NCBI GenBank assembly: GCA_963798465.1
Contig: CAWCTC010000001.1
Location: 4,315 to 68,314, forward strand
Length of the DNA stretch: 64,000 bases
Source of the DNA: an uncultured bacterium
GTDB lineage: Bacteria > Patescibacteriota > Minisyncoccia > Phycocordibacterales > GWA1-40-21
Reading direction: 5' to 3'
The position numbers and the translations under genes were made by a program. Shown piece by piece: positions 58,794 to 64,000 of this stretch (position 1 is the stretch's first letter; every line of letters starts with the position of its first letter). The notes beneath the pieces were generated by a model. The model was given only the letters and a program-made list of their open reading frames with translations. It made no database searches and was not told where the DNA came from.

Positions 58794-58916
58794 TTGACTA
58801 AATTATAACATTGCTGCTATACTTACGCTGTAGTGAAAACTACCCTCGCCTAAAGGATATTGGGATTGTATTTATACCTCGCCCGAGCTTAACCGCTCGG
58901 GCGGGTTTGTTTTTAT
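58794..58916 (+). ncRNA. Candidate small RNA (promoter TTGACT-N18-TATACT to intrinsic terminator), convergent with the NYN gene 3' end
   Basis: -35 at 58794-58799 and -10 at 58818-58823. The ~85-nt predicted transcript ends in CGCCCGAGCTTAACCGCTCGGGCG + GGTTTGTTTTT. The terminator hairpin overlaps the last ~15 codons of the minus-strand NYN ORF. Confidence 0.3.
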
Positions 58917-59600
58917 ATATTCTAGATGATCTTTTAATGAATCTGCGGGAATAAAAATATCTGAATATTTATATAATTCTTCACTTACAAAATCACGCGT
59001 ACAGATAGTAATAACTTTTTTCTTTTTTGATTTTACATATTGTAAAAGGGTATGAAAATCACTATCACCAGACCATAAAAAAATAGTATCGTATTTTTCC
59101 ATCTGTTGAATTATATCCATAGTCATTTCAACATCAAAATTACATTTATTTATTTTACCCAAAAATTTTCCGTCTTCATCAAAATTATGAATTTCTTTAA
59201 TATCTTTGGTTCTAACTTTAAACCCAGACTTCCTTGCTTTATCTATTCTATATATAGACTGTCTATATTTTAGATTTAAAGTGTTTTCTGGCGCAAGACC
59301 GGGAAATTCTTTGTAATGACCATAATAAAAATACTTACGTTCAGGACAAATAATATTAATAATATCTGCAATTTTCGAAATATCTATTTCCCTTTTTAAA
59401 TATTCTTTATTTTCTGTTGGCCAAAATTTTTTTGCCCAATTACGCACATTTGCAAAATCAACAAAAACAAATATTCTTCCACAACCATCTGTTTCAAATA
59501 GGTAAAGTTTTTTAAAATGCTGATTTTTTAGTTCATCAAGATTCATAATAACAATAATATCACATAACAATATAGTAATTGCCCTAGAAATATATCTCAA
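58872..59600 (-). CDS. NYN (LabA/DUF88-like, PIN-fold) domain protein; probable start MNLDELK at 59546
   Basis: ...RIFVFVDFANV..., KCNFDVEMTMDIIQ, IFLWSGDSDFHTLL. Confidence 0.75.
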   Translation of the reverse strand: MRYISRAITILLCDIIVIMNLDELKNQHFKKLYLFETDGCGRIFVFVDFANVRNWAKKFWPTENKEYLKREIDISKIADIINIICPERKYFYYGHYKEFPGLAPENTLNLKYRQSIYRIDKARKSGFKVRTKDIKEIHNFDEDGKFLGKINKCNFDVEMTMDIIQQMEKYDTIFLWSGDSDFHTLLQYVKSKKKKVITICTRDFVSEELYKYSDIFIPADSLKDHLEYIKTNPPERLSSGEV

Positions 59601-59646
59601 ACTATGTTTATTTAATTAATTGAAATCAGTCGCTTAAATATACAAA

Positions 59647-60849
59647 CTACTTTCTAAGTATTTTATCAATCCTCTTCGCCAATTTAATCATATCTCTCTC
59701 CTTTGCTCCTCTCGTAGTTTCTCCTGCAGTACCAAGACGGATTCCTGAAGGATCCATCGGACTTCGTGTTTCGTTAGGAATCGTGTTTTTGTTCACGATT
59801 ATTCCGGCTTTTTCAAGCTTTGTCGCCGCTTCTTCCCCGCTTATTCCTTTGCCTTCCATCCAAGTATCAACAAGAATCAAATGGCTGTCTGTTCCGCCAG
59901 AAATTATTTTCCAGCCAAGTTTTTTCAATTCTTCCGCGAGAACTTTTGCATTTTTCACAACTTGATTTGCATATTTTTTAAATGCTGGCGAATGCTGCTT
60001 CCTTTAAAGCGACTGCGACGGCAGCAACTTGATTCATGTGAGGTCCGCCTTGAAGTCCAGGAAAAACCGCTTTGTCTATCAAATCGCCGAAACTTATTTG
60101 ATTTCCTTTTGCACTCAATTGTGTTTTATCATTTCTTGAAAAGATAAGTGCACTTCTTGGACCGCGTAGAGTTTTGTGAACTGTTGTCGTCACAACATCT
60201 GCATATGGAAATGGAGACGGATATGCTCCACCTGCAACAAGTCCGGCAAAGTGCGACATGTCCACCATGAGTATCGCTCCGCATGCGTCTGCAATTTCTC
60301 TGAACTTTTTGAAATCTACAATTCTTGGATATGCAGTGAAGCCGGCGATAATCATATTCGGTTTATTTTCCATAGCAATTTTTTTGAGTTCATCATAATC
60401 AATCACTTCAGTATTTTTATTTACTCCATACGGAATTTGAGTCCAGATTTTTCCTGTCGCAGAAACTTTGTGTCCATGCGTAAGATGTCCGCCGTGAGAA
60501 AGCGACATTCCCATAACTTTTCCTCCGATAGGAACAAGTGCAAGATACACTGCCAAGTTTGCCGGCGAGCCGGAAAGTCGCCTGAACATTTACATGCCAG
60601 ATCATTTTTATCCAAACCAAAAGCTTTGAGTGCCCGTTCTTGCGCGAGTTCTTCAAGCTTGTCAGTATTTGTCTGACCTTTGTAATATCTTTTGTGCGGA
60701 TAACCTTCGGAATATTTATTTGTAAACTTCGAGCCGAGTGCTTTCAAGACATCATCCGAAACATAATTTTCCGATGCAATAAGAGAGATGGTTTTTTTCT
60801 GCCTTGCTTCCTCCGCTTTTATGAGCTTTTCGATTTGTTTGTCTTTCAT
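59647..60849 (-). CDS. glyA: Serine hydroxymethyltransferase (2-3 frame changes)
   Basis: [51 protein letters not shown]..., [35 protein letters not shown] (PLP-Lys), ...[13 protein letters not shown]. Confidence 0.88.
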
Positions 60850-60900
60850 TTTTGATTTTGCAAAATCACGTCGCGCAACCGTCCTTTTAGCGCGACGCAA
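60850..60900 (-). promoter_or_regulatory. Two-hairpin leader motif, copy 5
   Basis: Coding strand: GTCGCGC-TAAAAGGACGGTT-GCGCGAC-GTGATTTTGCAAAATCAAAA-ATG. Confidence 0.55.
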
Positions 60901-61074
60901 TCGTATTGTTAATGGCTAATAATTAATTATATATAGAATATCACTAAAATACAGGTCATGCACTGTCATTTAATAAATGATATAATCCAGGAAAGAGTTA
61001 GTTGATTTTTATTTATAAATGAGTAACATTGCAACTAGACGAAAAGTTGTAAAAATAATATAAGGAGGAAAAAA

Positions 61075-61917
61075 ATGAAACAGTACAATGATGTTTTGAA
61101 AGAGATTTTCGAAAAAGGCGTAGACCGTAAGGGCAGAAATGCAGTAACGAGAGCTTTGTGGGCAAAGCAGTTGCGTTTCAATCTGGAAGATGGTTTCCCC
61201 GCAGTCACCACAAAACAGCTTGCATTCAATGCTGTCAAAGGCGAACTTCTCTGGTTTATCGAGGGTAGCGGAAGCGACAAGAGACTAAAAGAGATCATGG
61301 GCAAAGATGGAGTGCCGGCGAAGCATACAATCTGGACTGACAACGCCGAAGCTCCCTACTGGAAACCGAAAGCAAAGTTCGAAGGAGACCTTGGAAGGAT
61401 TTACGGTATGCAGTGGAGACACTGGAAGAGACCCGATGGAACTGAAGTAGATCAGCTGGCTGAAATTATCGAGAGAATCAAAAAGGATCCGAACGACAGA
61501 CGTCTCATCGTCACTGCTTGGAATCCTGGCGAGCTCGACCAGATGGCTTTACCTCCATGTCACATGACTTTCCAGTTTTTCGTTGCGAATGGAAAACTCT
61601 CGCTTCACATGCTTCAAAGAAGCTGTGATATGTTTTTGGGAGTTCCCTTCAACATCGCGTCTTATGCTCTGCTTCTCGCAATGGTCGCACAAGTAACGGA
61701 TTTGAAACCGCACGAGTGCGTTCTTACTCTCGATGATGCTCATATTTATCACGAGCACTTTGATGCAGTAAAAGAACAGCTCACGCGCAAGCCGATGAAG
61801 TTGCCTAAACTCTGGCTCAATCCGGATATAAAAGATATTGATAAGTTTACGATGGATGACATCAAACTTGTCGACTACGAACATCATCCAGCAATCAAGG
61901 CAGAAATGATCGTCTAA
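61075..61917 (+). CDS. thyA: Thymidylate synthase (ThyA)
   Basis: 280 aa. ...DRKGRNAVTRALWAKQLRFNLEDGFPAVTTK..., IWTDN, LPPCHMTFQFFV (catalytic Cys), SCDMFLGVPFNIASYALL. Canonical SD (AAGGAGG) 7 nt upstream. About 50 percent GC in sampled stretches. Confidence 0.95.
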   Translation: MKQYNDVLKEIFEKGVDRKGRNAVTRALWAKQLRFNLEDGFPAVTTKQLAFNAVKGELLWFIEGSGSDKRLKEIMGKDGVPAKHTIWTDNAEAPYWKPKAKFEGDLGRIYGMQWRHWKRPDGTEVDQLAEIIERIKKDPNDRRLIVTAWNPGELDQMALPPCHMTFQFFVANGKLSLHMLQRSCDMFLGVPFNIASYALLLAMVAQVTDLKPHECVLTLDDAHIYHEHFDAVKEQLTRKPMKLPKLWLNPDIKDIDKFTMDDIKLVDYEHHPAIKAEMIV

Positions 61918-61958
61918 ATTTAACTGGTCTAAAAAATCAGTTAGAAAAGGAGAGAGAA

Positions 61959-62453
61959 ATGTTTTCAATAATTGTAGCTATTGCAAAAAATGGAGTAATC
62001 GGAAACAAGGGAGAAATTCCATGGTATCTTACCGATGACTTCAAACGCTTCGCCAAAATCACAAAAGGTCACACTGTGATAATGGGCAGAAAAACGTATG
62101 AGTCCATATTCAAAAGACTGGGCAAACCGCTTCCGGAAAGAACAAACGTTGTTATAACAACGCAAAAAGATTTTTTGGCTCCTGGATGCACAGTTCTTGA
62201 ATCTGTTGACGCAGTAATTCATTTTTTTTCGCAAAGCAAGGAGGAAATTTTCGTAATCGGTGGAAGCACTATATACAATCAGTTTCTTCCGATAGCAAAA
62301 AAGCTTTACATCACTGAAGTTGATGCAAATTTTGAAGGCGACACAGTATTCAATTATAATAAAAAAGATTGGACACTGTCTTCAGAAGAACATCACTCGA
62401 AAGATGAAAAGCACAAATATGAGTTTGATTATCTTGAACTCGTGAAAAAATAA
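61959..62453 (+). CDS. folA: Dihydrofolate reductase
   Basis: MFSIIVAIAKNGVIGNKGEIPWYLTDDFKRFAKITKGHTVIMGRKTYESI...VIGGSTIY. SD AAAGGAG upstream. Confidence 0.9.
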   Translation: MFSIIVAIAKNGVIGNKGEIPWYLTDDFKRFAKITKGHTVIMGRKTYESIFKRLGKPLPERTNVVITTQKDFLAPGCTVLESVDAVIHFFSQSKEEIFVIGGSTIYNQFLPIAKKLYITEVDANFEGDTVFNYNKKDWTLSSEEHHSKDEKHKYEFDYLELVKK

Positions 62454-62465
62454 ATAGAAAACAAA

Positions 62466-62491
62466 AGAGCGTTACCGAAAGGCAACGCTCT
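62466..62491. terminator. Bidirectional terminator
   Basis: AGAGCGTTACCGAAAGGCAACGCTCT + TTTTT. Confidence 0.75.
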
Positions 62492-62513
62492 TTTTTCTTT
62501 GACGAATATTCCG

Positions 62514-63152
62514 TCACTTAAGAGAAGAAATTATTTTTTTGAAATCCTCGAAGACTTCCTCCTTAGACTTTTCCGCGTCGATAATCACGCTTTTAATGCC
62601 ATGATTTTTCTGTGCGAAAAATTCTTTGAATCCCTCGCGAAGCCTGTAGTGAAAATCGAGTTTCCTTTTGTCAAAATGATTTTTCTTTTCATCTTGCTGC
62701 ATATTTTTCCTAGCAAGACCAACTTCAGGCTTAACATCCAGATAAATATAAATATCTGGCTTATATTTCCTAAGATATCTGTCTCTCATCTTCCAGAAAA
62801 AACTTTCCAGATCTCTAGCACCCTGAGCCTCTATCTGGTAAGCATAAGTCGAAGAATCAAATCTGTCGCTCACAACTATCTTCCCGATGTTTAAAGCTGG
62901 AATAATAGTATTCTTCAAATGATCCGCCCTGGCTGCCCAGAACAAGGCAAACATAGTTAAAGCGTCAGCCTGCTCCGCATTTGGAGAATTCAATATTAGA
63001 TTTCTTATTTCCTCCGCATATGGAGAACCTCCTGGTTCCCTGGAGATAACAATCTCATCTCCGTAAAAATCTTTGACCATTTTTAACAACGTCGATTTTC
63101 CAGAGCCTTCACCACCATCAAGCGCAATTAACAATCCATTTTTTGCATCCAT
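62514..63152 (-). CDS. tmk: Thymidylate (dTMP) kinase
   Basis: MDAKNGLLIALDGGEGSGKSTLL..., REPGGSPYAEEIR, DRFDSSTYAYQ. The start at the second ATG is preceded by GGGAGG. Confidence 0.9.
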   Translation of the reverse strand: MDAKNGLLIALDGGEGSGKSTLLKMVKDFYGDEIVISREPGGSPYAEEIRNLILNSPNAEQADALTMFALFWAARADHLKNTIIPALNIGKIVVSDRFDSSTYAYQIEAQGARDLESFFWKMRDRYLRKYKPDIYIYLDVKPEVGLARKNMQQDEKKNHFDKRKLDFHYRLREGFKEFFAQKNHGIKSVIIDAEKSKEEVFEDFKKIISSLK

Positions 63153-63223
63153 TTTTTTTCCTCCCATTTTTATTTTGTAGGTACTTCTTTCCTTTCTAAA
63201 ATTAGCACTCCCGACTTGAAAAG

Positions 63224-63781
63224 CTAGTTTTTTAAAATATCACCAATTATCTTGTCTGTCTGATAATAAAGCTCATCTAAAGTTCCGCTATTGTCGATTT
63301 TTAATTTTGCAAAATCCATGACGACAGGAATTTCTTTTTCGGCTTCATTGTTTTGGTCAGCTAAAAATTGTTCATACGTTTTGTCCTTGTCGCCGGCATT
63401 CTCATTCCTGTTTTTCATTCTTTCATATCTGATTTGCGGATCGGCATCGACTCTTATCAAATAAAAATTCGGCAAGTCTTTCAAATATTTTATATCGGCC
63501 ATTCTTCTCACGCCGTCCACGATGACAATATCGGAATCTAGATTTGATGCATCTTTTGCAATAACTTTCGCTAAAAGATCTTCGCCGAAAGCGCCGCGCA
63601 ATACTGTGGAAATCTTCTGTAAGTTTTCTCTACTTTCAGAAATATCAAGTCTTTTTACAACATCGCGAAGCGGAGTAGAAAATCTGCAATCTTCAATATT
63701 GTATTTTTGCGCCAAATATTTTTTGGCGGCTCCTTTTCCGCACGCAATTTGCCCGACAAGTCCGATGATTATTTTTGACAT
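63224..63781 (-). CDS. P-loop nucleoside/nucleotide kinase-like protein (dNMP kinase / dephospho-CoA-kinase-like)
   Basis: MSKIIIGLVGQIACGKGAAKKYL (Walker A), ...IVIVDGVRR..., 185 aa. Specificity is not assignable from sequence. Confidence 0.5.
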   Translation of the reverse strand: MSKIIIGLVGQIACGKGAAKKYLAQKYNIEDCRFSTPLRDVVKRLDISESRENLQKISTVLRGAFGEDLLAKVIAKDASNLDSDIVIVDGVRRMADIKYLKDLPNFYLIRVDADPQIRYERMKNRNENAGDKDKTYEQFLADQNNEAEKEIPVVMDFAKLKIDNSGTLDELYYQTDKIIGDILKN

Positions 63782-63896
63782 CCCAGTTATATATTTTTAA
63801 AGCTGCTAATGTTTAACTTGCTATCACTATTATATTTTCATCTTCAAATAATTTTTATTATTTGATTCATCTCGTCATATATAACGGGACAAGTAA

Positions 63897-64000
63897 TTAT
63901 TTTTTGCAAGAATATTGCCTTAATGTCACTCCCGCTAATTTGAACATTTTCTTTGATGCTCTTGTGGCCGGAGTTTCTCCATATTTATCGCTGTCGTAAA
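63897..64000 (-). CDS. C-terminal fragment, possibly dCMP deaminase-like (gene starts beyond window end)
   Basis: Minus-strand frame ...YDSDKYGETPATRASKKMFKLAGVTLRQYSCKK-stop. It resembles the tail of ComEB/dCMP deaminases and fits the thymidylate context, but it is very short. Confidence 0.25.
   Translation of the reverse strand, partial: YDSDKYGETPATRASKKMFKLAGVTLRQYSCKK

Overview
Visibly AT-rich bacterial chromosome segment (about one-third GC by eye). It looks like a Candidate Phyla Radiation / Patescibacteria (Parcubacteria-like) genome: a 23S-5S rRNA unit with no 16S upstream and several insertions in the 23S, no L30 gene between rpsE and rplO, many small membrane ORFs, and PKD/LTD and DUF5671-like surface proteins. 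Gene order: secD fragment, a decayed ORF, envelope sugar genes (epimerase, polyprenyl-phosphate sugar transferase, GT4), a SEDS protein, 5S + 23S rRNA (minus strand), ndk, a T4CP-like ATPase with an HExxH protein, then map-adk-secY and the r-protein cluster rplO to rpsS (minus strand). That cluster is cut between rplE and rpsN and ends without rplB. An ~8 kb island follows (PKD/LTD secreted protein, RAYT transposase with REP hairpins, 1164-aa wall-anchored surface protein, wHTH regulator). After it come ftsK, recA, efp, rpsR-ssb-rpsF, M16 peptidase, glyQS, recO, ileS, argS, membrane proteins, a flavoprotein, and a thymidylate cluster (NT5C, dut, glyA, thyA, folA, tmk, NMP kinase, probable dCMP deaminase). 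No CRISPR array, tRNA or 16S rRNA was seen. The most interesting content is non-coding: (1) a 106-nt inverted-repeat cassette that supplies the start codon and a conserved N-terminal peptide to three unrelated genes; (2) a two-hairpin leader placed just before five start codons; (3) a ~170-nt structured module upstream of the promoters of 23S rRNA, rpsN and rpsS; (4) a pair of TGnTATAAT promoter-leader elements facing outward from the surface-protein island; (5) RAYT-associated REP hairpins, one inside the RAYT gene; (6) a GTCCTTTA repeat array around the wHTH gene. A histidine-phosphatase domain is embedded in-frame in IleRS. Many conserved housekeeping genes (r-proteins, ftsK, recA, ileS, glyA) carry frameshifts while long lineage-specific ORFs are intact. 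I read this mainly as indel error in the assembly, so the coordinates of those genes are approximate.
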